This document shows positions 23,679-33,658 of a stretch of 64,000 bases of DNA, piece by piece. The notes under the pieces were generated by a model, which was not told where the DNA came from, did not search any database, and saw nothing but the letters and a program-made list of their open reading frames with translations. This DNA is from Buchnera aphidicola (Floraphis choui) (lineage in GTDB: Bacteria > Pseudomonadota > Gammaproteobacteria > Enterobacterales > Enterobacteriaceae). Location of the stretch: positions 150,452 to 214,451 of the forward strand of contig CP140044.1 of the NCBI GenBank assembly GCA_039830045.1. Direction: 5' to 3'. The first letter of the stretch is position 1, and the number at the start of each line of letters is the position of its first letter. A program made the translations under genes and the position numbers.

Positions 23679-24929
23679 ATGCACAATAATGTAGTTAAAT
23701 CTTTTTCTTTTGTTGAGTGGTTAGATTATATAAAAAAATTTGGTTTGAGTATTCGATGTAGCAACTTTAAAAATGTGATTTATATTGCTAAGAAATTAGG
23801 TATATTAAAGTTGGATGCATTTATTTATATGGTAGGAGGAACTAATGGAAAAGGAACTACATGTGTTGTATTAGAAAATATATTTTTAAAACTTGGTTAT
23901 CGAGTAGGATTGTATACTTCTCCGCATCTATTTAACTATACTGAACGAGTTCGTATTAATGGATTTGAATTAGAAGAATATTTACATGTTCTTTCTTTTT
24001 CTAATGTTGAAAATGCACGCAATTCATTGCCGTTAACTTATTATGATTTTATTACTTTATCAGCTTTATACTTATTTAGACATAGTCAGTTAGATATAGT
24101 TATTTTAGAAGTTGGTTTAGGAGGTAGATTAGATGCTACTAATGTTATAAATCCAAATGTTTCAATTGTTACAAATATACAAATGGATCATATAGAAACT
24201 TTAGGAAATGATCGAAACTTAATTGGAATTGAAAAAATTGGAATTTTTCGAAAAAATAAAATTGCAATTATTTCTGAAAAAAATATCCCGAATATTGTAA
24301 AACATATTATTTATAAAAATAATATTGATATAAAATTAATAAATCGTGATTGGAATTATAAGCGGTTCAAGAACATTTGGGCTTTTATTAGTACAAACTG
24401 TTGCTTTTTAAATCTTCCTCTTCCAAAGGTATCGTTAATTAATACTGCTACAGCGTTAGCTGCTGTTACTGAATCACAATTTTCTATAAATAAAAAAGTA
24501 ATTGAATATTGTATTGATAAAGTATCACTTCTTGGACGGTGTCAGATATTTTCCGATAATCCTAAAGTAATTTTAGATGTAGCACACAATAATCATGCTA
24601 CAAAATATTTATCTAAGAAATTAATGAATATGAAGGGATCTGGTAAAATATATGCTATAGTTGGAATATTAAAAGGAAAAAATATTTTAGGTATTGTTAC
24701 TCCTTTAATTTCAATAGTAGATTTTTGGTATTGCAGTAAATTAAAAACAAATCGAAGCGTTTTTGCTGAAGAAATTGTGCAATATTTGCCAATTCATTGT
24801 TCTAAAGTTGTTATTAGTGTTGAACAAGCTTGGATAGAAATAAGGAGTTTAGTTACTGTAAAAGACATTATTGTAATATTTGGTTCATTTTTTACAGTAA
24901 AAGAAATTTACAAGATTTTAAATGCTTAA
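23679..24929 (+). CDS. folC: bifunctional dihydrofolate synthase / folylpolyglutamate synthase
   Basis: 416-aa ORF with Mur-ligase P-loop GGTNGKGTT, then YTSPHL and LEVGLGGRLDATN. Colinear with E. coli FolC. Confidence 0.94.
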   Translation: MHNNVVKSFSFVEWLDYIKKFGLSIRCSNFKNVIYIAKKLGILKLDAFIYMVGGTNGKGTTCVVLENIFLKLGYRVGLYTSPHLFNYTERVRINGFELEEYLHVLSFSNVENARNSLPLTYYDFITLSALYLFRHSQLDIVILEVGLGGRLDATNVINPNVSIVTNIQMDHIETLGNDRNLIGIEKIGIFRKNKIAIISEKNIPNIVKHIIYKNNIDIKLINRDWNYKRFKNIWAFISTNCCFLNLPLPKVSLINTATALAAVTESQFSINKKVIEYCIDKVSLLGRCQIFSDNPKVILDVAHNNHATKYLSKKLMNMKGSGKIYAIVGILKGKNILGIVTPLISIVDFWYCSKLKTNRSVFAEEIVQYLPIHCSKVVISVEQAWIEIRSLVTVKDIIVIFGSFFTVKEIYKILNA

Positions 24930-24989
24930 ATAAACGTGTTTTAAAAAACATGTTTAAGACTCTGTGTTTAAATAAAAAATAAAAATTTT

Positions 24990-25466
24990 ATGAATACAAT
25001 AGATTATATTTCAATAATTATAATTATAGTTTCTACTATAATGAGTTTTTTTCGTGGATTTTTCCAAGAAATTATTTCTATTTTTGTTTGGGTAATAGGA
25101 ATGTACGTGTATTTTAGATATCATTATTTATTTTCTTTTTTTTCAATTTATATTCATAATATAATTATAAAATATATTATCAATTTTATATTATTTTTTA
25201 TTTTTTTATTATTCATTAAATTTGTATTGAATTATATAATGATAATTTTTGTGAAACAATTTCACTTATTTATATTTAATCAGGTTTTTGGAATATTATT
25301 CGGTTTTATAAGAGGTATACTAATTACTTGTATAATATTGTTTTTTTTAGAGTTTTCAACTAATTTTACAAATAGTAAAAGTTTTAGAAATTCGATATTA
25401 ATTCCTTATTACAATTATTTTATAAAAATATTTCTAAGAATTTTTATAAAAAATATTTTTATGTAA
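24990..25466 (+). CDS. cvpA: colicin V production / membrane integrity protein CvpA
   Basis: 158-aa four-helix membrane ORF. The N-terminus (IDYISIIIIIVSTIMSFFRGFFQE) parallels E. coli CvpA (IDYAIIAVIAFSSLVSLIRGFVRE). Downstream of folC as in E. coli, but with dedD missing. Confidence 0.85.
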   Translation: MNTIDYISIIIIIVSTIMSFFRGFFQEIISIFVWVIGMYVYFRYHYLFSFFSIYIHNIIIKYIINFILFFIFLLFIKFVLNYIMIIFVKQFHLFIFNQVFGILFGFIRGILITCIILFFLEFSTNFTNSKSFRNSILIPYYNYFIKIFLRIFIKNIFM

Positions 25467-25545
25467 TATTATATGTAATATAGTGTAAATATTTTTAAAA
25501 AATAATTGTAATCGTATAAGTAAAATAGAACAATTAAAATTCATT

Positions 25546-25588
25546 ATTTGAGTACAAGTAAATGACGTTTAAAATTTATTGTACTCAA
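25546..25588. terminator. hairpin between convergent cvpA and prs
   Basis: 11-bp stem tttgagtacaa (25546-25556) / ttgtactcaaa (25578-25588), extendable by 5 more A-T pairs after a 1-nt bulge. It is the only strong secondary structure in the 153-nt convergent spacer. Confidence 0.55.
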
Positions 25589-25619
25589 AACTTTGTATTG
25601 TCAAAAATGATAGTAGATA

Positions 25620-26567
25620 TTAATGTTCAAACATAGCAGATATAGATTCTTCATTGCTAATTCTACGAATAGCTTCTGCTAACATTCCAGCTAATGTTAG
25701 AGTCCTAACATTGGAAAGCATTTGAATGGTTGTTGGTAAAGGAATTGTGTCACATACTATTACTTCATCAATATTTGAATTTTTTAAATTTTTAGCTGCA
25801 TTTCCTGAAAAAATAGGATGTGTTGCATATGCAAACACTCGCTTTGCTCCTCTATCTTTTAGTGCTTCGGCTGCTTTACATAATGTTCCACCTGTATCAA
25901 TCATATCGTCTACTAAAATACAATCGCGATTAGCAACATCTCCGATTATATGCATGACTTGAGATACATTAGTATTAGGTCTTCGTTTATCAATAATCGC
26001 CATATCTGTATCGTGCAATAGTTTTGCAATAGCTCTAGCTCTAACTACTCCTCCAATGTCTGGAGAGACAATTATAGGATTTTTAAGATCTATTTGTAAC
26101 ATATCTTCTAACAGAATTAAGCTTCCAAATACATTATCAACAGGAACATCAAAAAATCCTTGAATTTGTTCAGCATGAAGATCTACTGTTAGTACTCGAT
26201 CTATTCCAATACTAGAAAAAAAATCAGCGATTACTTTTGCAGTAATTGGAACTCGAGATGATCGAACTCGACGATCTTGTCTAGCGTATCCAAAATAAGG
26301 AATGACAGCTGTAATTCGCCCCGCAGATGCTCGTCTTAAAGCGTCTACCATTACAATTAGCTCCATAAGATTATCGTTAGTAGGATAACATGTGGATTGA
26401 ATGATAAATACATCATTTCCACGAACATTTTCGTTAATTTGAACACTAATTTCGCCATCACTAAATTTTCCAACTAATGCATTTCCTAATTTCATGTATA
26501 ATCTGTTGGCAATAGACTTTGCTAAATTTGGAACAGAATTTCCAGAAAATAATTTCATATCAGGCAC
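25620..26567 (-). CDS. prs: ribose-phosphate pyrophosphokinase
   Basis: 315-aa ORF nearly identical in long blocks to E. coli Prs ([31 protein letters not shown], ends ISAMFEH). GTG start giving (M)PDMKLF as in E. coli. Confidence 0.98.
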   Translation of the reverse strand: MPDMKLFSGNSVPNLAKSIANRLYMKLGNALVGKFSDGEISVQINENVRGNDVFIIQSTCYPTNDNLMELIVMVDALRRASAGRITAVIPYFGYARQDRRVRSSRVPITAKVIADFFSSIGIDRVLTVDLHAEQIQGFFDVPVDNVFGSLILLEDMLQIDLKNPIIVSPDIGGVVRARAIAKLLHDTDMAIIDKRRPNTNVSQVMHIIGDVANRDCILVDDMIDTGGTLCKAAEALKDRGAKRVFAYATHPIFSGNAAKNLKNSNIDEVIVCDTIPLPTTIQMLSNVRTLTLAGMLAEAIRRISNEESISAMFEH

Positions 26568-26625
26568 GAGAAAACCTCAGTATGTAAGATATAATCTTGA
26601 TAATTATAATATTAAAATATAGAGT

Positions 26626-27491
26626 TTAAAATAAATAATATGATTTCAATTGTCTATTTAATATTGAAGTATTAGTACTACTTGCAATAAATCCATAAAC
26701 GTTTTTAGGTAGTATTGAAAGAATTTTATTTGCATCTTGTTTTGAATGAAATTCAGAAAAAATACAAGATCCTGTTCCTGTTATACGAGAAGGTGCATAT
26801 TGAGACAACCATGCAATTAAATTATTTATTTTATAAAATTTTTGTTTTATAAGCTTTTCACAATCGTTTTTAAATGGATCCTTCAATAATGAATTAATAC
26901 ATTTTTTTGGAGAGTTTCTTATTAATTGTGGATGAGAAAAAATTTGTTTAGTAGAGATTTTAATTTTTGGATAAGTAATCAAGTACCATCGTTTTTTTGT
27001 TGTTATAGGATGTAGTATATTCCCTATACCCTCTGCTATTGATGTTTTTCCTATTATGAATAAAGGAATATCTGCTCCTAACTCTTTCCCGATGTTTATT
27101 AATTGTGAAGGTTTAAATTTTATATTCCATAATTCGTTTAATGTAAGTAAAATTGTTGCAGCATTAGATGATCCTCCTCCTAATCCTCCTCCTATTGGTA
27201 TATTTTTTTTTATATAAATGTTAGCTCCCAATTTTGATGAATAATTTTTTAAGCTTCGTGCTTTTTTTTTAGTAATTTTGCAGCATGAATAATTATATTT
27301 TGAGAATGAGGTATATGAGGTATATATGTTAATAAATTTATATTTCCACTATTATTTGGAGTTATATGTATTATATCTCCATAATTTAGTAATTGAAATA
27401 GTGTTTGAATATTATGATAACCATCAGAACGCATTTCTGTAATATTTAAAAAAAGATTGATTTTTGCTGGAGAAAACCAAATAGTTTGCAT
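26626..27491 (-). pseudogene. ispE: 4-diphosphocytidyl-2-C-methyl-D-erythritol kinase (IspE), reading frame broken at an A9 tract
   Basis: N-terminal ORF from ATG 27491 ([14 protein letters not shown]...) stops at 27249. The body (GANIYIKKNIPIGGGLGGGSSNAA... to stop 26626) lies in another frame. The frames meet at T9 on the + strand (27262-27270), and A10 would restore an IspE colinear with E. coli. It may still be functional through slippage. Confidence 0.9.
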
Positions 27492-28066
27492 TACTTTAAA
27501 ATCCACTTATTAATATATAAAATGATAGAATTCTATTCTTGTACTATTTTAATTAAATTTGGAAAAAATGGAATAGTTTTATTTTTATAATATAAATATG
27601 TAATGCTTCATAGTTTTTTATAAATATATTTCTATGTTCTTAGATAAGAATATTTTTTAAAAGTATATTTATGTATTTCGTCAGGTAACTTAGTAATCCA
27701 TTGGTTAAAATAGTTTAATGGTATAATTAAACCGGTTATTTTTAATAAAGTTATTTCTGGCTTTTTACTAATAGATAGTAACTTTTTGTTATCTATAACT
27801 TGAAGGGTATTTTCAATAATAATTTTGAATTATATTTGCCTAATGAGATCAATAAATATTATTGAATAGTGTTGGAGGGAAGATTGTTCAAAATAGCTGA
27901 AAATTTTAATTCGATTTGACAAAAATAATAAACAACTATTAATTTGAATATTATTTATTTTTTTGAGATCGTGTTGTTGATTATTCCATAAATAATTATT
28001 TTTTAATATTTTAGGTATTATAGAACAGGTATTATTTAATAAACTGAGTGTTATAATAAAAAATTT
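27491..28066 (-). pseudogene. lolB: outer-membrane lipoprotein receptor LolB, pseudogene
   Basis: One continuous minus-strand frame of 191 codons is colinear with E. coli LolB. Matches include lipobox-like LLNNTCS; LWNNQQHDLKKINNIQ vs QWRQHQQDVRNLNQYQ; ITGLIIPLNYFNQWI vs LTGMPIPLNSLRQWI; and terminal NKWILK* vs DNWIVK*. It is interrupted by in-frame TAA (27830-27832), TAG (27632-27634), TGA (27608-27610) and TAG (27533-27535). No start codon follows the upstream stop at 28067-28069. Confidence 0.85.
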
Positions 28067-28249
28067 TTAGATTGTATATGATAAAAAAATAACATATTTT
28101 AATTATATTATAATAAATTTTATTTTTTTAAAACATGAGTTATTAATTAAAAATCAATTTTAAATAATTTATTTTAAGTTTTAAATTTAAAAAAGTATAT
28201 TATGTATATAATTATTTTGAGACTAATTGAATAAAAGGCATATCAAAAA

Positions 28250-29344
28250 ATGAAAAGTTCTATTCTAAAAAAATTAGAAGCTTTACATAAAAGATATAAA
28301 GAAATAGAGCTTATGTTGTCTGATGTTAATATCTCTTCTGATCAAGATGCATTATGTAAGTTATCTAAGGAATACTTAAAATTATCTGATATTAATCGTT
28401 GTTTCGTTAATTGGAAAAAAAATGAAGATAATAAGAATGCAGTTATGAATTTATTAAAAGATGTTGAATTTAGTGATATAGCTGAAGAAGAGCTAAAAAT
28501 ACTTCATTCTAAAAAAATTGAATTAGAGCGAAAATTAGAAACATTATTATTACCTAACGATCTATTTGATAACAAAAGTTGTTTTATTGAAATTAGAGCG
28601 GCAACAGGTGGAGATGAAGCTGCTATATTTGCTGGTAATTTATTTAAAATGTATATTAGATATTCAGAAATACGTAATTGGAAAACAGAAATTATAAATA
28701 TTACTAATAGTGATCAGGGTGGATTTAAAGATATAATAATTCAAGTTACTGGAAAAGGAGTATGCGGAAGATTAAAATTTGAATCTGGAGGTCATAGAGT
28801 TCAAAGAGTACCAAAAACAGAATCTCAAGGTAGAATTCATACTTCAACATGTACAGTAGCAATTATTCCTGTAGTTCCAGAAAAAGAAATAGAAAGCATT
28901 AATTTTAATGATTTAAAAATTGATACTTTTAGATCTTCTGGAGCAGGAGGACAGCATGTAAACACTACAGATTCTGCTATTAGAATTACGCATATCCCAA
29001 CTGGTCATGTAGTAGAGTGTCAAGACGAACGTTCTCAGCATAAAAATAAAGCCAAAGCATTATCTGTTTTAGTTTCACGTATTCAGGCGACACAATTATC
29101 TCAACGTCGTGAAGAAAATGCTGTTATGCGTCGTGGTCTTTTAGGTAGTGGAACACGTTCAGATCGAAATAGAACATATAACTTTTCAAAGAATAGGGTA
29201 ACTGATCATAGAATTAATTTAGTATTATATTCTTTAGATAAAATATTAAATGGAAATTTAGATTTATTGATTGAACCGATTATTCAAGAATATCAAGCTA
29301 ATTATTTGTCTAATTTTTATAAAAGTACTGATAATGAATATTGA
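28250..29344 (+). CDS. prfA: peptide chain release factor 1
   Basis: 364-aa ORF with GGQ motif ([14 protein letters not shown]) and RF1-type PxT tripeptide (PKT) in [14 protein letters not shown]. Confidence 0.97.
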   Translation: MKSSILKKLEALHKRYKEIELMLSDVNISSDQDALCKLSKEYLKLSDINRCFVNWKKNEDNKNAVMNLLKDVEFSDIAEEELKILHSKKIELERKLETLLLPNDLFDNKSCFIEIRAATGGDEAAIFAGNLFKMYIRYSEIRNWKTEIINITNSDQGGFKDIIIQVTGKGVCGRLKFESGGHRVQRVPKTESQGRIHTSTCTVAIIPVVPEKEIESINFNDLKIDTFRSSGAGGQHVNTTDSAIRITHIPTGHVVECQDERSQHKNKAKALSVLVSRIQATQLSQRREENAVMRRGLLGSGTRSDRNRTYNFSKNRVTDHRINLVLYSLDKILNGNLDLLIEPIIQEYQANYLSNFYKSTDNEY

Positions 29345-30167
29345 ATCTTGGTTAAATTTAGCAATTTTACAACTTAATAATTTAGATAATATTAATTCTA
29401 GATTAGATGCAGAAGTATTATTAAGCCATATTTTGAATAGAAGTATTAGTTGGATAATCTGTAATAATTCTTATATTATATCTGATAATGACCTTAAACA
29501 ATTAAATAATTTAATAAAACGTAGGTTAAATAGTGAACCTATTGCTTATTTAATTGGAAAAAAGGAATTTTGGTCCTTATCTTTAATTGTATCACGTTCA
29601 ACTTTAATACCTCGCCCGGATACTGAAATTTTAGTAGAACAAGCGTTAATGAGATTAGAAAATACTAATTTTAAGACAGTATTAGATTTAGGAACAGGTT
29701 GTGGCTGCATAGCATTAGCTTTAGCTAGTATGAAATCGAATTGTTACGTTATAGGAATAGATTGTATACAAGAGTCTATTAATATAGCAAGGAAAAATGC
29801 AGAAAATTTACATTTAGACAATATTACGTTTTTTAATAGCTTTTGGTTTTCTTCTGTTAATCGGAAGTTTGATATTATTGTTAGTAATCCTCCTTATATT
29901 AGTTTGAAAGAAATTGATATTTTAGAAAAAGAATTATTATTTGAACCGATGATAGCGTTAATTTCTACAAGTAGTGGATTAGGTTCTATTAATTATATTA
30001 TCAAAAGATCTAAAAAATATTTAAATAATAAAGGTTGGTTATTAATAGAACATAGCTGGATGCAAAAGGTACGAGTACAAAAATTATTTAAGAAATATGG
30101 TTTTATAAATATAATTACTTATCCAGATTATTCTGGACATGATAGGATTACTGTAGGTCAGAAATGA
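29334..30167 (+). CDS. prmC: release-factor glutamine N5-methyltransferase
   Basis: The ORF track starts at 29271, but ATG 29334 ([14 protein letters not shown]) aligns with E. coli PrmC (MEYQHWLREAISQL) and overlaps the prfA stop by 11 nt. SAM motif DLGTGCG and catalytic NPPY are present. Confidence 0.92.
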   Translation: MNIESWLNLAILQLNNLDNINSRLDAEVLLSHILNRSISWIICNNSYIISDNDLKQLNNLIKRRLNSEPIAYLIGKKEFWSLSLIVSRSTLIPRPDTEILVEQALMRLENTNFKTVLDLGTGCGCIALALASMKSNCYVIGIDCIQESINIARKNAENLHLDNITFFNSFWFSSVNRKFDIIVSNPPYISLKEIDILEKELLFEPMIALISTSSGLGSINYIIKRSKKYLNNKGWLLIEHSWMQKVRVQKLFKKYGFINIITYPDYSGHDRITVGQK

Positions 30168-30332
30168 TAAATTTGAATTTTATTATTTTGATACAATAAC
30201 TATATAGTTGCTTTTAATGAATTACAATTATTTCATGTTATAATGATTTTACGTTGATATATAATTAAATAATCATATTTAGTATTATTACTAAATAATA
30301 AATGTTTATTATAAAATTTTCTTGGAAATGAT

Positions 30333-31142
30333 ATGACTTCTTTTTTTAGTTGTGATATTTCTAAATTACCGTTATGCGAATCTATTATTGCTACATTACG
30401 TCTTATTCGGTTAGATTTTCCTGCTGATATTGTTATTAAAGAATTAAAAAATAGAGTAGAAGAAGCTAGATCTTATATAGAATCTGAAAAAAATATACAT
30501 TATAAATTAAAAAAATTAATAGAACTATTTTATGATCATTGGAAATTTGGTGGAGCTACTGGAATTTATAAGTTATCTGATGTTTTATGGTTAGATAACG
30601 TTTTACAAACTCGTAAAGGTACTGCAGTATCATTAGGAGTGATATTGTTACATATTGCTCAACAGCTTTGTCTTCCTCTTATGCCTGTTACGTTTCCTAC
30701 TCAACTTATTTTGCGTTCTGATGAATTTAATAAAAAAATGTGGTTAATAGATCCATTTAATGGAGAAACATTGAGTGAACATATTTTAAAAGTTTGGTTA
30801 AAAGGAAATATTAGCCCTACAGCAGAATTATATGAAAATGATTTAGATACAGTTCAATATTCAACAGTTATTCGAAAAATGCTTGATACATTAAAGAATG
30901 CATTAATAGAAGAAAAAAAAATAGAGTTAGCATTAAATGTTAGTAACGTTTTATTAAAAATAAATCCTAATGATCCTTATGAGATACGTGATCGAGGATT
31001 AATATATGCTCAATTAGAATGTAATCATGTTGCATTAACTGATTTGATTTATTTCGTAGAGCATTGTCCTGAAGATCCTATTAGTGAAATAATTAAGATT
31101 CAAATTCATTCGATAAAAAAAAAGCAAATGGTATTACATTAA
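30333..31142 (+). CDS. sirB1: SirB1/YchA family protein (transglutaminase-like N-domain plus TPR-like C-domain)
   Basis: 269-aa ORF of the same length as E. coli YchA and colinear with it (PTQLILR, NPFNGE, WLKGNISP, DPYEIRDRGLIYAQL, VEHCPEDPISE). Follows prfA-prmC as in E. coli. Confidence 0.85.
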   Translation: MTSFFSCDISKLPLCESIIATLRLIRLDFPADIVIKELKNRVEEARSYIESEKNIHYKLKKLIELFYDHWKFGGATGIYKLSDVLWLDNVLQTRKGTAVSLGVILLHIAQQLCLPLMPVTFPTQLILRSDEFNKKMWLIDPFNGETLSEHILKVWLKGNISPTAELYENDLDTVQYSTVIRKMLDTLKNALIEEKKIELALNVSNVLLKINPNDPYEIRDRGLIYAQLECNHVALTDLIYFVEHCPEDPISEIIKIQIHSIKKKQMVLH

Positions 31143-31390
31143 ATAGCTACCTATTTTATTTTTTATAAATATAATTTAAAATATATTATATTTTAAATAC
31201 ATATTATATAAACACTAATGTTAGTAAGTATATTTAAATTGTTTTTATTAAAAAATAAAAGTTTGTTTTTTAATACAAACAAATTGGTTATGTTATTTAT
31301 ATTAATTAATTATTTTAAAGTAATTTTAGTTTTTAATTTAAGTGATATTAAACATAAAATATCTTAAGATTTATTATGAGAATAAAGCTA

Positions 31391-32230
31391 TTACACATTG
31401 TTAAGAATATATCGTGACAATGTATTAGGTGTTATTGGCATATGACGTTTATGTTTAGTGTTTATGAAGTATTTTTCAATTATTAGTTGGCTTCTTTTAT
31501 TAATTTTTTTTCCTTCTAGATAAGAATCAATATCAAGATAGGTAATTCCTAAAATTTCTTCATCAGTTTTGTATGGATATGTATCTTCTAAGTTTGCTCT
31601 AGGTGATTTAAGATATAAGTGAGGCGGGCATTTTAGTTCCTTTAGCAAAAGTTTTCCTTGTTTTTTATTTAATTCTGAAATGGGATTAATATCTGATCCT
31701 CCATCTCCATATTTTGTAAAAAACCCAGTAACAGCTTCTGAGGCATGATCAGTTCCGATTACTATTCCGTTATTTATACTTGCAATATTGTATTGTATTT
31801 TCATTCTTTCTCTAGCTTTATTATTTTCTCGCATATGATTAGATATACTTACTCCAGCATTTTTTAATGATTTTTCAGTACTCAGTACAGAATTTTTAAT
31901 ATCAATATTTAACGTTGTTTCTGGTTGAATAAAATTTATTGCATCTTGGCAATCTTGAAAATCTATGTGTTTTCCATATGGTAAACATAGTAAAATTAGT
32001 TTATAAATTTTATTATTTTTGTGTTTATTTAAATCTTGTATAGTTAGTTGACATAACTTTCCGGTTAATGTAGAGTCTTGTCCACCACTAATTCCTAGAA
32101 CTAATGTTGTTATATTTGTATAATTTAGTAAGTATGTTTTAATGAAGTTGATTATTCTATAAATTTCATATTTAGGGTTAATAGTAGATTTTACACCTAA
32201 ATCTCTAATAATTTTTTGTTGTAAACTCAT
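31391..32230 (-). CDS. nadE: NH3-dependent NAD+ synthetase
   Basis: 279-aa ORF with PP-loop LGISGGQDST, then GTDHASEAVTGFFTKYGDGG and a C-terminal KHKR motif. Colinear with E. coli NadE. Confidence 0.95.
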   Translation of the reverse strand: MSLQQKIIRDLGVKSTINPKYEIYRIINFIKTYLLNYTNITTLVLGISGGQDSTLTGKLCQLTIQDLNKHKNNKIYKLILLCLPYGKHIDFQDCQDAINFIQPETTLNIDIKNSVLSTEKSLKNAGVSISNHMRENNKARERMKIQYNIASINNGIVIGTDHASEAVTGFFTKYGDGGSDINPISELNKKQGKLLLKELKCPPHLYLKSPRANLEDTYPYKTDEEILGITYLDIDSYLEGKKINKRSQLIIEKYFINTKHKRHMPITPNTLSRYILNNV

Positions 32231-32407
32231 AATTAATATTTTGTAATATGCGTATAATTATTTAAAATAATATATTATATATAATATTTTTGGAATTTCA
32301 AACTTAATTGTTGAAGATTATATCTTGAAATTTTAAAAAATATTTTAATAAATCTGATAAAATATATATTGTATAATACAATAAATTTTGTAGATTGGAA
32401 AATCATT

Positions 32408-33616
32408 ATGCCTAATTCGTTAGTATTAACGCTTAATTGCGGTAGTTCTTCTTTAAAGTTTTCTGTTATAGATCCAAAACAAAATGAAATAGTACTATCG
32501 GGAATAGTAAATCTTTTGTGTTCTTCTAATATAAGTATTTCGTGGAAAATTGGTATTAATAAATATAATAGTTTCTTAAGTAAGAAAACAAATTTTAAAG
32601 AAATTATTAAATTTATTTCAAATCATATTTTAAAAAATAATTTAAACATTTTTAATAATATTTCATGTATAGGACATCGTGTTGTTCATGGTGGATCGAA
32701 AATAAATAAATCAGTGATAATAGATCAAAGTATAATACAACATATTAAAAATGTTTCACTTTTTGCTCCTTTGCATAATCCTATAAATTTATTGGGTATA
32801 AAATCTTCTTTTGATGTTTTCCCTCATTTAAAAAAAAAAAATGTGGCTGTATTTGATACAGCATTTCATAGTACTATACCGAAAATATCTTATTTATATG
32901 CTATTCCTTATAGTTTTTATAAGAATCATGGAATTCGAAGATATGGAGCACATGGCATTAGTCATTTTTATGTAATGACTAGGACATCTAAAATCTTAAA
33001 AATTCCTACAAGACAATTAAATATTATTACTTGTCATTTAGGACATGGTGCGTCGATATCAGCTATTCGAAATGGTATATGTGTGGATACTTCAATGGGT
33101 TTAACACCATTAGAGGGATTAGTTATGGGTACTAGAAGTGGAGATATAGATCCTTCAATTATTTTTTTTATGTACAACGAATTAAAAATGAGTATGAAAG
33201 ATATTGAATATGTTTTGATGAAAAAATCTGGATTATTAGGATTAAATGGAATCAGTAGTGATTTTCGTTATTTAGAAAATAAATATGTTTCTGATAATAA
33301 TATAAAGTTGTCTATTGACATATTTTGTAATCGTTTGTCTAAATATATTAGCTCTTATACTGTATTGATGAAAGGAAAATTAGATGCTATTGTTTTTACC
33401 GGAGGAATCGGAGAAAACTCTTGCTTAATTAGGACTCTTACTGTTTCCAAATTATCTTTAATAAATTGTAGAGTTCATGAAAAGTTAAATGCGTTAATGA
33501 AATTAGGTAAGGAGGGCATTATTAGTACAAAACATAGTGTTTCTATATTAGTAATACCAACTAATGAAGAATTAGTAATAGCAAAAGAAGCAATATCGGT
33601 AATTCGTTGTTGTTAA
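32408..33616 (+). CDS. ackA: acetate kinase
   Basis: The ORF track starts at TTG 32369, but ATG 32408 (MPNSLVLTLNCGSSSLKF) matches E. coli (MSSKLVLVLNCGSSSLKF). Other matches: VAVFDTAFH, GIRRYGAHGISH, FTGGIGENS, IPTNEELVIA. A perfect TATAAT lies at 32372-32377. Confidence 0.95.
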   Translation: MPNSLVLTLNCGSSSLKFSVIDPKQNEIVLSGIVNLLCSSNISISWKIGINKYNSFLSKKTNFKEIIKFISNHILKNNLNIFNNISCIGHRVVHGGSKINKSVIIDQSIIQHIKNVSLFAPLHNPINLLGIKSSFDVFPHLKKKNVAVFDTAFHSTIPKISYLYAIPYSFYKNHGIRRYGAHGISHFYVMTRTSKILKIPTRQLNIITCHLGHGASISAIRNGICVDTSMGLTPLEGLVMGTRSGDIDPSIIFFMYNELKMSMKDIEYVLMKKSGLLGLNGISSDFRYLENKYVSDNNIKLSIDIFCNRLSKYISSYTVLMKGKLDAIVFTGGIGENSCLIRTLTVSKLSLINCRVHEKLNALMKLGKEGIISTKHSVSILVIPTNEELVIAKEAISVIRCC

Positions 33617-33658
33617 ATACAATTGTTTAGAAAGTATTTATAATTTATGGAGTAAATT

